Positions 50,147-58,508 of a stretch of 64,000 bases of DNA are shown here, piece by piece (within the stretch, counting starts at the first letter, position 1; every line of letters starts with the position of its first letter). This DNA is from an uncultured virus (IMG/VR IMGVR_UViG_3300030012_002620) (Duplodnaviria; Heunggongvirae; Uroviricota; Caudoviricetes; Crassvirales), in the IMG/VR virus record IMGVR_UViG_3300030012_002620, one strand, 5' to 3'. A program made the translations under genes and the position numbers. The notes beneath the pieces are model-generated. The model was not told where the DNA came from, made no database searches, and saw only the letters and a program-made list of their open reading frames with translations.

Positions 50147-51970
50147 TTACATTACTTTATGTATCAGAACTCTGTAATCATCGTCTGTTACTGAACTAGC
50201 AAATGCAACTTTAACTGTATCAACGTCGGTTCGTGTGATATCGACATGTACTGTGTCGTATGTAGGAGTTCCTGCTGAAATATCAACAACTTGAACAAGA
50301 ACATCAAATGAATTTAATTGATGGTCTACTGTATAAGTGTTACCTGATTTTGTAACAGCTGATTCTCCTGCATCTAAATCAACAGCAAAGCCTGTTGCTG
50401 CTAATGCACTATCTACATGAGCTTTAACTCCTGCTGGTGTAACAGCTCTAGCTGTATCTGTACCAGTAGTTGCTTCTGTATTTGTTGCTAATTCAAGAGC
50501 TCCTCTTTTTGTTGTTGTTCCTTGAACAACGTTAAATTCTAATTGGTTGGCAGATGGGTTTGTAATTGTAACCCCACCATGCTCTGTAGTTGTACTTAAA
50601 AATTCTACCGCTTCAGTACTTGCTACAGATGCTCCACCTGTAGTATTACTTCCGTCTAATTTTAAGTTCCATCCTATATAATTGTCAGCTCCACCTAAAT
50701 CTGCAAGAGTTAATGTTCTTGTAGTGGCTGCTGTAATTACACCATCAGTTAAAGTTATATCATCAATAACTGTTGCCCCTGATGTTGTTATATCTGTGTC
50801 TGTTCCAATTGTTGGGTTGTATTCACCTGTTATTGGAATATTGTAATATGTTGATCCGTTATTAGTAAACTGCCATCTGTCACCATCTTCTTTAAAGTTT
50901 AGTAAAACGTTGGTAGAACCACCTCTTTCAATCTCAATACCAGATAATAATGTATTTGATGGAGAACCTGTTTGATTTTTATTAAGTACTATTATATTAT
51001 CTTCAATTGTTAAATTGGTAGTATCGATAGTTGTGGTACTTCCGTTTACAGTAAGGTCTCCAGAGATTGTTATGTTCCCACTAAATGTTCTTGCTCCACC
51101 AATAGTATTTTTAAGGTTGAATATAATTTCTTCTGAACCTTCTGTTGTAACTTCTGTAATTTCAATAGCATCATCATCTCCTGTAAATGTTACTGAATCA
51201 TCATCCCCAGAACTTGCGTCTAACTTTAAAGAAGCAGAATTAGATCCTGCTGCCTCCACTCTTAAATCATATGTTGTATTATCAGATGCTGGTACTGTAA
51301 CTGTCTTTGTATTTACTCCTGTAATGTGACCTCTTGCATTTGATGTAATACTATCAATAGCTGTGAATGTAGCGCCATAAGCTGGGCTTGCACTCGAAGT
51401 TGTGTTAGTTCTTGTAACATCTGCGTGACCAATAGTTAATGTGTCTGTTGCTGAAACTGTTGCTTCAATTTCATCTGATTGACCTACAGTTAAAGTGTTA
51501 CCTGAAGCAATAGCTTGATTATTACCATTGCCATCTTCGATACTCCATCCTGAATAAGATGCAACTGAATTTGTTGTAACTCCTGTTATTCTACCTTGTC
51601 CGTCTATTGTAATAGATGGAATTGCTGTAGCTGAACCATGTGTTCCAGAAACGTTTGCTATATCTGTTAAGCCTAAAGTAACACTGAATGCACCACTTGT
51701 TGCTGATGCACTTCCTGCTTCTACTTCTAAACCTGTTCCTGCATTAACTGTTACAGATGAAATATCACCTGAACCATCTAGTGTAACCCACTGGCTTCCA
51801 TTTGATGAACTACCATTGTGGAACTTGATAGCATTATCTGACGAGTTGTATATTACTCTACCTTCATAATCCGCGCCTACGTATGTAGGATCTGAAGAAA
51901 CGACATCTAATTTTGCGTTTTTTAATTCTAGGTTTTCTAGAGAAATATTATGTAAAAATTTTATAGCCAT
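50147..51970 (-). CDS. Proximal tail fibre protein
   Basis: T/S/G-rich; ITIDGQGRITG and GALELATNTE..TGTDTARAVTP fibre motifs. Confidence 0.78.
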   Translation of the reverse strand: MAIKFLHNISLENLELKNAKLDVVSSDPTYVGADYEGRVIYNSSDNAIKFHNGSSSNGSQWVTLDGSGDISSVTVNAGTGLEVEAGSASATSGAFSVTLGLTDIANVSGTHGSATAIPSITIDGQGRITGVTTNSVASYSGWSIEDGNGNNQAIASGNTLTVGQSDEIEATVSATDTLTIGHADVTRTNTTSSASPAYGATFTAIDSITSNARGHITGVNTKTVTVPASDNTTYDLRVEAAGSNSASLKLDASSGDDDSVTFTGDDDAIEITEVTTEGSEEIIFNLKNTIGGARTFSGNITISGDLTVNGSTTTIDTTNLTIEDNIIVLNKNQTGSPSNTLLSGIEIERGGSTNVLLNFKEDGDRWQFTNNGSTYYNIPITGEYNPTIGTDTDITTSGATVIDDITLTDGVITAATTRTLTLADLGGADNYIGWNLKLDGSNTTGGASVASTEAVEFLSTTTEHGGVTITNPSANQLEFNVVQGTTTKRGALELATNTEATTGTDTARAVTPAGVKAHVDSALAATGFAVDLDAGESAVTKSGNTYTVDHQLNSFDVLVQVVDISAGTPTYDTVHVDITRTDVDTVKVAFASSVTDDDYRVLIHKVM

Positions 51971-51982
51971 CTTTCAATTTTT

Positions 51983-52690
51983 TTAGTTAAAATATGCATA
52001 ACCTGCAATGTTCTTTCCAAATCTTATTGTAACATTGTTAGCATCTACATATTCAATCTTCCCCATTATTTTATGTCCCTGGTCATCTACTATCGTTACA
52101 CTTGGTTTTTTGTTAAGTCCATGATTCATTGACCAAGTAGCTGACGGTGTTGCTTGTTCAACCGCTTTATGCTTATCCAGGTCGTCATACCTAAACAACA
52201 ACAAAGATAATAAATAATCTTCTTCATCTTGTAGGCTTCCATTTCCTCCTTTGAAGATAACACCTATATCATACAAGTCTGTATTGTTTGTGTTTTGTGT
52301 AGAAGTATTCCATTCAAACACTCCAAATTGAGTTGGGTCATTAGCTTTTTGTATTAAAACCACGCTTCTTTCTATTGTTTCATAAAACGTATTAATATCG
52401 ACATCTGCTGCTGATTTTTTATGTAATTGCAAAGTAGATATTGAAGAAAAAGCTACTGTTGCACCTTGATCTACTGGCAACCTTATATATCCATACGTTT
52501 GTTTGCTGTTAGAAGGTCTAATAAATTTAAATCTAGAGCCAGTGGTTTCTACAGAAGAACTTTTATTTAAAAAATCTGTTATATCTGATATTTTATAATT
52601 TCTTGTATGTGTTCCTGCAGAATCAGTTCCAATAACTTTATCATTCTTCGTCACATTAGAGTCTAACGCATAAGTGCTAATTCTTGCCAT
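51983..52690 (-). CDS. Virion structural/tail-fibre anchor protein
   Basis: MARISTY..DKVIGTD N-terminus; HGLNKKPSVTIVD C-terminal unit; TATCTTTG at 52709-52716 upstream. Confidence 0.6.
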   Translation of the reverse strand: MARISTYALDSNVTKNDKVIGTDSAGTHTRNYKISDITDFLNKSSSVETTGSRFKFIRPSNSKQTYGYIRLPVDQGATVAFSSISTLQLHKKSAADVDINTFYETIERSVVLIQKANDPTQFGVFEWNTSTQNTNNTDLYDIGVIFKGGNGSLQDEEDYLLSLLLFRYDDLDKHKAVEQATPSATWSMNHGLNKKPSVTIVDDQGHKIMGKIEYVDANNVTIRFGKNIAGYAYFN

Positions 52691-52734
52691 TATAATTTTT
52701 TATATATGCAAAGATAATATTTTAATCAAAGTGA

Positions 52735-52869
52735 TTATCTGCCTTGGCCTCTATATCTCTTTTGGTAGTTTTTGCTACTCACGCATTTTGAAGTCTTTGT
52801 TTTTGCGTGAACACCTGGTCTTTTCTTTTTCTGCGCTTTTACGTAAGGCTTATAAATTATCTTAGCCAT
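52735..52869 (-). CDS. 44-aa basic protein ending YRGQGR (absent from the ORF track)
   Basis: MAKIIYKPYVKAQKKKRPGVHAKTKTSKCVSSKNYQKRYRGQGR*; TAATG overlap. Confidence 0.75.
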   Translation of the reverse strand: MAKIIYKPYVKAQKKKRPGVHAKTKTSKCVSSKNYQKRYRGQGR

Positions 52870-53183
52870 TACTTTTTTAACTCATACACAACCTCTTGTA
52901 TATCACTTCTGTTTAATGCCAATTTGAAATCTAAACCTGCTTGAAAGGTTCTTACAATTTTTCCGTCTTTTTCTATTAATATTACAGGAACAGATTTAAT
53001 TTGACTTTTAAGTTTAGGACCCTGGTCTTCTAACCAAGCGTAATCATATTTACAACCTCTTAAGTCTTCAAGATATACTGTATTTTTTTGATTCCACTTA
53101 GCATTGATTTGAACTACTCTAATTTGTTGGCTATAGCTTGTATAACTAAAAAATAAGAATAGAATTATAATTAAATTTCTCAT
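52869..53183 (-). CDS. Secreted thioredoxin-like protein lacking CxxC
   Basis: Signal peptide; VVQINAKWN and IKSVPVILIEKDGK (cis-Pro motif). Confidence 0.6.
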   Translation of the reverse strand: MRNLIIILFLFFSYTSYSQQIRVVQINAKWNQKNTVYLEDLRGCKYDYAWLEDQGPKLKSQIKSVPVILIEKDGKIVRTFQAGLDFKLALNRSDIQEVVYELKK

Positions 53184-53488
53184 CTTTTATAAACTTTATC
53201 TTCTATTTTATTTATTCTTTCTTTATTATCTAAAATGTCTTCTTTAAGTACGTCTGTTGATTTTTCTATTTGTATAATAGTGCTTCTGACAAGTTCATCT
53301 TTTAATTGAAATTCCATTTTTTGTACAAACTCATCACTGCTAAAATTATCTACTTTATTATTGAGGTCTTGTATTTCACCCTGTAAAGTAAACCACATGC
53401 TGGCAATAGCTACTGTTCCTGCCACCAACATTCCTATTGTTTTTAAATCTAGTTTTACTTCTGTTTCTTCGCTAATTTTTTTTGCCAT
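53180..53488 (-). CDS. Single-TM coiled-coil protein (i-spanin/holin-like)
   Basis: One N-terminal TM plus coiled coil, inside the lysis cassette. Confidence 0.5.
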   Translation of the reverse strand: MAKKISEETEVKLDLKTIGMLVAGTVAIASMWFTLQGEIQDLNNKVDNFSSDEFVQKMEFQLKDELVRSTIIQIEKSTDVLKEDILDNKERINKIEDKVYKR

Positions 53489-53511
53489 GGTTTTTTATTT
53501 TATGTTCACAA

Positions 53512-53973
53512 TCATTGTTTTTTAAAAATACTCGTTGCTTTTTCTGTCGTCCTTCCTCCGAAATAAGCTAGAACAACGGCCATCATAACTTTTTCAAAAG
53601 TATCATTCCATGTAACACCAATATTAAAAGGTATTGACTCTACGCTATCTAATATTCCTGCTAATGAAAAAATAGTTATACACCAAACTAAAACCAAAGG
53701 ACGTACATTCTTCGAAAGCCATGAATCTGATGCGGCGTCTGCTTGCCACCTGTTGGTTATAGATTCAATCTCCTTGTTTTGTTGTTCGTAAATTAATTGT
53801 TGTAATTTTATTTTATCTTCATTACTTACATCAGATTTTCCAATTGCTGCAATTGCTTCTTTTGGACTTGTAACACCTTGTAACACGCTTCCAAGAGTTG
53901 GGTTTATCATTCCAGCAGCTCCTAGCAACAATTTACCTACAGTTGTATTTTTAAACTTTTTCTTGTCGCTCAT
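53512..53973 (-). CDS. Holin (3TM type)
   Basis: RWQAD..SDSWLSKNVRPL..AYFGGR motif; coupled to the endolysin. Confidence 0.72.
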   Translation of the reverse strand: MSDKKKFKNTTVGKLLLGAAGMINPTLGSVLQGVTSPKEAIAAIGKSDVSNEDKIKLQQLIYEQQNKEIESITNRWQADAASDSWLSKNVRPLVLVWCITIFSLAGILDSVESIPFNIGVTWNDTFEKVMMAVVLAYFGGRTTEKATSIFKKQ

Positions 53974-54431
53974 ATTACCATGTATTTAGTTTTTCCATCT
54001 TCTTTATATGCTTTCAAACACCTGTTTCTGTTTTTTTGTGCATCTACATATGATACATGAACCCAGGATGGGTTTTGATCTGTTCCAAATTCCCATATCA
54101 TTTGATCATAATCAAGATTTGCTTTGATCCAGTCAAACATAGCCGCATTTGAAGCGTGACCATAAACATCATCAATATCTATCGCTTGACCTTTACAATG
54201 CTGAGATTTTGTAGAACCTCCTATAGCTTTGTTAAGTTCTGGTGATCTATAAAAAGAATTTATCTTTATAGGTCCGCCCACCCAATCCCTCAAAGGTTGA
54301 AAAATCATTTCAGCTACAGTCATCATATTTCCAAGATGTTCATCTGTAGGCGTGTTGTCTATTCCTCTCCTCTTTGCTGTTTCAGAATGGATAGCTTCAT
54401 TGTACGATACGTTTTTTGACAATTTATCCAT
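53970..54431 (-). CDS. Endolysin, peptidase M15A
   Basis: INSFYRS.ELN.AIGG...SQHCKGQAIDID and WVHVSY motifs. Confidence 0.9.
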   Translation of the reverse strand: MDKLSKNVSYNEAIHSETAKRRGIDNTPTDEHLGNMMTVAEMIFQPLRDWVGGPIKINSFYRSPELNKAIGGSTKSQHCKGQAIDIDDVYGHASNAAMFDWIKANLDYDQMIWEFGTDQNPSWVHVSYVDAQKNRNRCLKAYKEDGKTKYMVI

Positions 54432-54813
54432 GAAATCTTTTTTGTTTCTTTTTAAATCTTCTAATAATTCCTTGTGCTCTACGCTCAGATATTTGTTTTT
54501 TTCTAGCGTCTCCTCCTCCTCTTTGAACTGTTCTATAGTAAGAATCTCCTTCTTTTGTCACACCTACATATCTGCTAGAACTTCTCTGGTCTCCTGTTAA
54601 ACTTTTTCTATCTTTTGTTTTTAGCTTGAATCCTCCTTGTCTATTTACATCCATAGCTGCATCATCAATAGAATTATAGTCAACACCAACAGTCAATGTT
54701 TTAGTTTTTGATTTTGCCACGTCAAAACAAGGCACCCCAGGAGGACACTTCATTCTCGTAGACTTATTCTGTTTAGTAAGACTAGATATGTAAGAAAATT
54801 TATCTTTATTCAT
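54424..54813 (-). CDS. Basic hypothetical protein
   Basis: ATG 54813; K/R-rich. Confidence 0.65.
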   Translation of the reverse strand: MNKDKFSYISSLTKQNKSTRMKCPPGVPCFDVAKSKTKTLTVGVDYNSIDDAAMDVNRQGGFKLKTKDRKSLTGDQRSSSRYVGVTKEGDSYYRTVQRGGGDARKKQISERRAQGIIRRFKKKQKRFHG

Positions 54814-54815
54814 AT

Positions 54816-54857
54816 TTAACAACCTTTACAAAAAGGACAATTGAAATCACAATCCAT
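54816..54857 (-). CDS. 13-aa tetra-cysteine microprotein MDCDFNCPFCKGC
   Basis: Fills the gap between two genes with 3-nt and 2-nt spacers. Confidence 0.55.
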   Translation of the reverse strand: MDCDFNCPFCKGC

Positions 54858-54860
54858 AAT

Positions 54861-55001
54861 TTATTTTTTTAGTGCTTGTTTTACTGCTTTCGCTTTTCTT
54901 TTTATTTTATTAGCTTTCGCTATAATTATGTCATCTACTGTAGTTTTACTCCATAATAAAACCCACATGTCTTTCCAATATTCTTTAGTTAATTTCCACA
55001 T
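54861..55001 (-). CDS. 46-aa amphipathic/basic protein (absent from the ORF track)
   Basis: MWKLTKEYWKDMWVLLWSKTTVDDIIIAKANKIKRKAKAVKQALKK*. Confidence 0.65.
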   Translation of the reverse strand: MWKLTKEYWKDMWVLLWSKTTVDDIIIAKANKIKRKAKAVKQALKK

Positions 55002-55002
55002 A

Positions 55003-55308
55003 TTATTTTTTTTCAGTTAATTTATATAGCCTTTCATCCATTTTTAACAATCGTTCTTTTATTTCACCAACATCTTCTTTAACAGAATTTACATCTAATT
55101 GTATTTTTTCTACCGTGCTTCTAACTAATTCGTCTTTGTATTGCAACTCTATTGAGCTGACTTCTGGTTCTGGCAACTCTTTAGCCTCTTGTATTTGAGC
55201 TTGAAGACTAAAATATGTTCCTGCAAACATTATTGTTCCAAATATCATAATACCTATTGTTCCTAAATCTAATTGCACTTTAGTGTTTTGACCTATTTTC
55301 GTCGCCAT
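55003..55308 (-). CDS. Single-TM coiled-coil protein, paralogue of 53180-53488
   Basis: Shared LDL.TIG, LQ..IQ and KDELVRST motifs. Confidence 0.65.
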   Translation of the reverse strand: MATKIGQNTKVQLDLGTIGIMIFGTIMFAGTYFSLQAQIQEAKELPEPEVSSIELQYKDELVRSTVEKIQLDVNSVKEDVGEIKERLLKMDERLYKLTEKK

Positions 55309-55309
55309 T

Positions 55310-55555
55310 TTATTTCTTTTTGCCTCCGCCCCTAGCTCTGTTGGATTTTTGTTTTTCTAATACCAACCTTCCGCTTCGGTGCGAACAATCTAACTTATCA
55401 CCTTTACGTGATTTTTTATTTTTTCTATTGAATAAATTACATTCGACTCTTTTTCGCACAGCTTCTTTTTTCTTCTGCGCTTTAGCACTTGATTTTCTGT
55501 GCTTTTTTCGAGCTTCAGGGTTGTCTCTGTAATATTTTGCAGTTCTACTTAACAT
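55310..55555 (-). CDS. Small basic protein, possibly degenerate HNH-like
   Basis: K/R-rich; DCSH..NRAR motif. Confidence 0.6.
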   Translation of the reverse strand: MLSRTAKYYRDNPEARKKHRKSSAKAQKKKEAVRKRVECNLFNRKNKKSRKGDKLDCSHRSGRLVLEKQKSNRARGGGKKK

Positions 55556-55563
55556 CGCTTCCT

Positions 55564-55716
55564 TTATTTATAAGGAAACATCCTGTTAAGTGAATCTCTA
55601 CGTTCCGAGCAGCCACAGTCTTTTCCCATTTTTTTTGAAATAGTATCTACAACTTTCTTAACTCCAGTTGCAGTTGTAACCTTTTCAATAGTGTCTCCTA
55701 AACCTCTACTTTTCAT
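55564..55716 (-). CDS. 50-aa protein with CGC motif (absent from the ORF track)
   Basis: MKSRGLGDTIEKVTTATGVKKVVDTISKKMGKDCGCSERRDSLNRMFPYK*; TAAATTTG at 55721-55728 just upstream. Confidence 0.75.
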   Translation of the reverse strand: MKSRGLGDTIEKVTTATGVKKVVDTISKKMGKDCGCSERRDSLNRMFPYK

Positions 55717-55742
55717 TTTACAAATTTAATAAAAATATGATA

Positions 55743-56033
55743 TTAATATTTACCCTGTCTACTCTTAGGAGAGGACTGTGTAGAGCCTCCTTTTCCAGCC
55801 CATAATTTTTTACAAGCCCAGTACCTGGCGGTTAGCTTGTTAGTAGCAGAGGAGCATTTGTGTCTTGCTTTGAATGACTTTCTTGCTTTATCTGAATAAT
55901 TGTGCCCGTAGCCTTTTGCTCCGAAATGAATTATCTTTTCTTTTCCATTTGCACAGGCTTTAACCATCTTTTTTTTGCCCGCTCTATCACTAGCACGAAC
56001 AACGTTGCACTTCATTTTTGCCTTGTCTGCCAT
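55743..56033 (-). CDS. Small basic phage protein
   Basis: IIHFGAKGY..RKSFKARHKC..TARYWAC motif. Confidence 0.75.
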   Translation of the reverse strand: MADKAKMKCNVVRASDRAGKKKMVKACANGKEKIIHFGAKGYGHNYSDKARKSFKARHKCSSATNKLTARYWACKKLWAGKGGSTQSSPKSRQGKY

Positions 56034-56290
56034 TACGATACTCTTATTTTAACTACGCTTCCTGTTCTGTATAAACCATTTACTGGTACATTTCCTGCAG
56101 CAGCAGCTGAATCATCAGCATAATCAGCTAATCCAGTTATAGATGGTGAAGCAAACATAAAAGACTCTAAAGCTGCAACGGTATAGTTTTTTGTTTTACC
56201 GCCATCAGCACCAGATGATCCGTCTGTTCCAATCAGCTTATCTGCCGCTTCTACAGTTCCGTCGTTATTGTATGTACTAATTTTTGCCAT
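56033..56290 (-). CDS. Small structural protein; N-terminus paralogous to 51983-52690
   Basis: MAKISTY..DKLIGTD..TKNY; YADDSAAAAG.VP..GLYR C-terminus. Confidence 0.65.
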   Translation of the reverse strand: MAKISTYNNDGTVEAADKLIGTDGSSGADGGKTKNYTVAALESFMFASPSITGLADYADDSAAAAGNVPVNGLYRTGSVVKIRVS

Positions 56291-56296
56291 AGTTAT

Positions 56297-56548
56297 CTAT
56301 TTAGTATAATTTTTTGTTACTTTTCCAGCTTTAGTATTACTAACAACTGTTTTTCCTTTCCTGCCTTCTCTTTTCTTTTTTCTGGCAGTTTTAGCTCTTT
56401 CTGCTTTAGACATTGACCTAGCTTTTGCTAAGGGTAAACATCTATCAGGGTTTTTTTTATCTTTACTAGTTCCGCAGGCTCCTTTAATAGAACCATCTGA
56501 ACCTATACGCACCCATTTTTGTTCACGCCATTTTTTTAACTCACCCAT
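56297..56548 (-). CDS. Small basic phage protein
   Basis: LKKW..QKWV..CG..RCLP..KKR motif. Confidence 0.75.
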   Translation of the reverse strand: MGELKKWREQKWVRIGSDGSIKGACGTSKDKKNPDRCLPLAKARSMSKAERAKTARKKKREGRKGKTVVSNTKAGKVTKNYTK

Positions 56549-56664
56549 TATCCTTTTCTATTTTTCCTGAGCTTTTTAAAATCAGCTCCAGTGATCTTGT
56601 CAAAAGGAGGTGCAAGCTTTGCAATTTTCATTTGCGCAGGTGTCAGTTTCTTTTTTTTATTCAT
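56548..56664 (-). CDS. 38-aa basic protein (absent from the ORF track)
   Basis: MNKKKKLTPAQMKIAKLAPPFDKITGADFKKLRKNRKG*; overlaps both neighbours. Confidence 0.7.
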   Translation of the reverse strand: MNKKKKLTPAQMKIAKLAPPFDKITGADFKKLRKNRKG

Positions 56665-56810
56665 TTTTTGTGAACTTTTTGTATTTCAAAATTAAAAGAC
56701 TGACTTCCGCCTTTATGTGGTTTGTATCCGCCTTTTGGGTCTTTCATCAATTTTGGAGCTCCCTTTCCTGATTTCATCCAGTGGTAGCCTTTAGGTGCTT
56801 TTACTTTCAT
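56661..56810 (-). CDS. 49-aa basic protein (absent from the ORF track)
   Basis: MKVKAPKGYHWMKSGKGAPKLMKDPKGGYKPHKGGSQSFNFEIQKVHKK*. Confidence 0.72.
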   Translation of the reverse strand: MKVKAPKGYHWMKSGKGAPKLMKDPKGGYKPHKGGSQSFNFEIQKVHKK

Positions 56811-56890
56811 TATTTTTTCTTTTTCTTTTTCTTTTTTTTCTTCACGACCTTTTTCTTTTTAGGTCCATATGTTGCGCTTCCGTATGGCAT
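56810..56890 (-). CDS. 26-aa poly-lysine peptide
   Basis: MPYGSATYGPKKKKVVKKKKKKKKKK*; mixed AAA/AAG codons; TAATG overlap. Confidence 0.6.
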   Translation of the reverse strand: MPYGSATYGPKKKKVVKKKKKKKKKK

Positions 56891-56913
56891 AATTTCTAAT
56901 TTTAATATTAAAC

Positions 56914-57075
56914 TTACTTTTTCTTTTTACTACCCTTAGCGTAATTAGGGTCTTTACAATATTTACTAGCCGCCATGTTTGCATACGCAGACGGATATGT
57001 GTCAAAAGTTCTTTTTGCCCAGGCTATACCAGCTGCACAAATTTTATTACTTTTTTTCTTTTTTTCCTTTGCCAT
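56914..57075 (-). CDS. 53-aa basic protein (absent from the ORF track)
   Basis: MAKEKKKKSNKICAAGIAWAKRTFDTYPSAYANMAASKYCKDPNYAKGSKKKK*. Confidence 0.75.
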   Translation of the reverse strand: MAKEKKKKSNKICAAGIAWAKRTFDTYPSAYANMAASKYCKDPNYAKGSKKKK

Positions 57076-57077
57076 AA

Positions 57078-57977
57078 TTAAAATGTTGTTTTTACTCTAT
57101 CAGGATATGCTTTTCCGTAAGCAGTATTAAACCTGTTTTGGAATTTTTTATAATTCGTGTTCTGACCTCCAGATACAACACTTCTAGTTTTCATGAAAGA
57201 AACATTTCTTGCATTATACAAACCTCCTGTGTTTTGGTTGCCAATTGTTATATTAGCTCTTTTATTAGACTGATTTGCTTTTGCTTGTTTGTCAAAGTTT
57301 TTATAAGAAGCATATATAGGATTTGCAAAAGTTGTAGGTTGTCCTGCAGCATTCATTAATCCTGTTCCTATCTTTCTATTACTCTTTCTGTTTTGCACAG
57401 CACCTTTAAAATAAGCCTTTTGTCTAACGTCAGTAGCTTTACCACCTATTCTGCTTGCTATCTTTTCTACTTTCTGTGTGTATTTGTTTCCTACGTTAGT
57501 AGCTCTCTTTTGTAGTTTTTTTAGTTTCTTTTCACTTACTGAACCTGGATTCATCACAGCAGATAAGTATTTGCCATAAGCTTTTTGTACTCTAGGTGAA
57601 AATCTTTTACTTACCTTGTCTATCTTTTTTTCTCCTTTAGATATAAGTTTTTCAGATTTTACGTATCCTTTTTGAATTGTTCTAAAACTTTTACCGTAAG
57701 ACTTTAATCCTTTATTAACTGTTGATGCGTGAGATTGATTCATTACAACCCCCCTGTCAGTGCTTCTTCTTGATGTTTGAGAAGTTTGTACGTTTCTTCT
57801 ATAATATCCTCCTCGGCCAGTAGCAAAGTTTCTTGTATATCCTCCTCCTCCTTCATTATATCTTACGCTTTGGTTGTGAAAGCTGACAGGCATTGCTGGG
57901 TTTATAAAAGCTTGATTTCTTTTTATAAAACCTTTTGATAGGCCAGTATTTCTAAATGGTTTGTTTCCGTTTGACAT
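57078..57977 (-). CDS. Highly basic low-complexity protein
   Basis: K/R/N/G-rich with few acidic residues; ATG 57977 lies downstream of TATCTTTG at 58008-58015. Confidence 0.7.
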   Translation of the reverse strand: MSNGNKPFRNTGLSKGFIKRNQAFINPAMPVSFHNQSVRYNEGGGGYTRNFATGRGGYYRRNVQTSQTSRRSTDRGVVMNQSHASTVNKGLKSYGKSFRTIQKGYVKSEKLISKGEKKIDKVSKRFSPRVQKAYGKYLSAVMNPGSVSEKKLKKLQKRATNVGNKYTQKVEKIASRIGGKATDVRQKAYFKGAVQNRKSNRKIGTGLMNAAGQPTTFANPIYASYKNFDKQAKANQSNKRANITIGNQNTGGLYNARNVSFMKTRSVVSGGQNTNYKKFQNRFNTAYGKAYPDRVKTTF

Positions 57978-58028
57978 ACCTTTAAATTTTTTTCGTTTAT
58001 TTTGTAACAAAGATAAATAAAAATAACA

Positions 58029-58508
58029 TTGAATATTTTGGATAAAAAAGATGTAAATCTAAACAAACGCAGAAAGCCACGATTACAGCCAAGAGAAAGA
58101 AAATATAACTTTTTAAAGTATTTAAGGGTGGTAAAATACTATGTCCGTAAAAAATATAACATTACTTCTTCTGAATTAGATATGCTTCTTTATTTGTATG
58201 ATGTTCCTTTTTTCAGAAAAGATGAATTCAATTACTATGAAAACTCTATGTCCTGGGATAAAAGAAGGTTTTATAGAATGGTGCAAGAAGGTTACATCAA
58301 AGAGTGGAGGTCTGGAGGCACCAAACTTGGAAAAAGTAAATTATATGAATTGACACAAAAATCTAAAACGATTTGTTCTAATATGTATAAAAAACTTATG
58401 AAAGAAGAATTAATATCCGAAGATCCACGATCTAACCCTATATTTAAAAAACAAACCTATACTGATAAAGTCTATAAAAATATTATAGAAAAAATGAATT
58501 CTAGATAG
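58029..58508 (+). CDS. Winged-helix (MarR-like) DNA-binding protein
   Basis: YNITSSELDMLLYL..MVQEGYI..YELTQKS pattern; the only + strand gene in this arm; start uncertain. Confidence 0.6.
   Translation: MNILDKKDVNLNKRRKPRLQPRERKYNFLKYLRVVKYYVRKKYNITSSELDMLLYLYDVPFFRKDEFNYYENSMSWDKRRFYRMVQEGYIKEWRSGGTKLGKSKLYELTQKSKTICSNMYKKLMKEELISEDPRSNPIFKKQTYTDKVYKNIIEKMNSR

Noticed and set aside
40618..51970. Diversity-generating retroelement or invertible fibre switch
   Set aside because: No reverse transcriptase or recombinase in the window; fibre similarities are diverged rather than adenine-specific.
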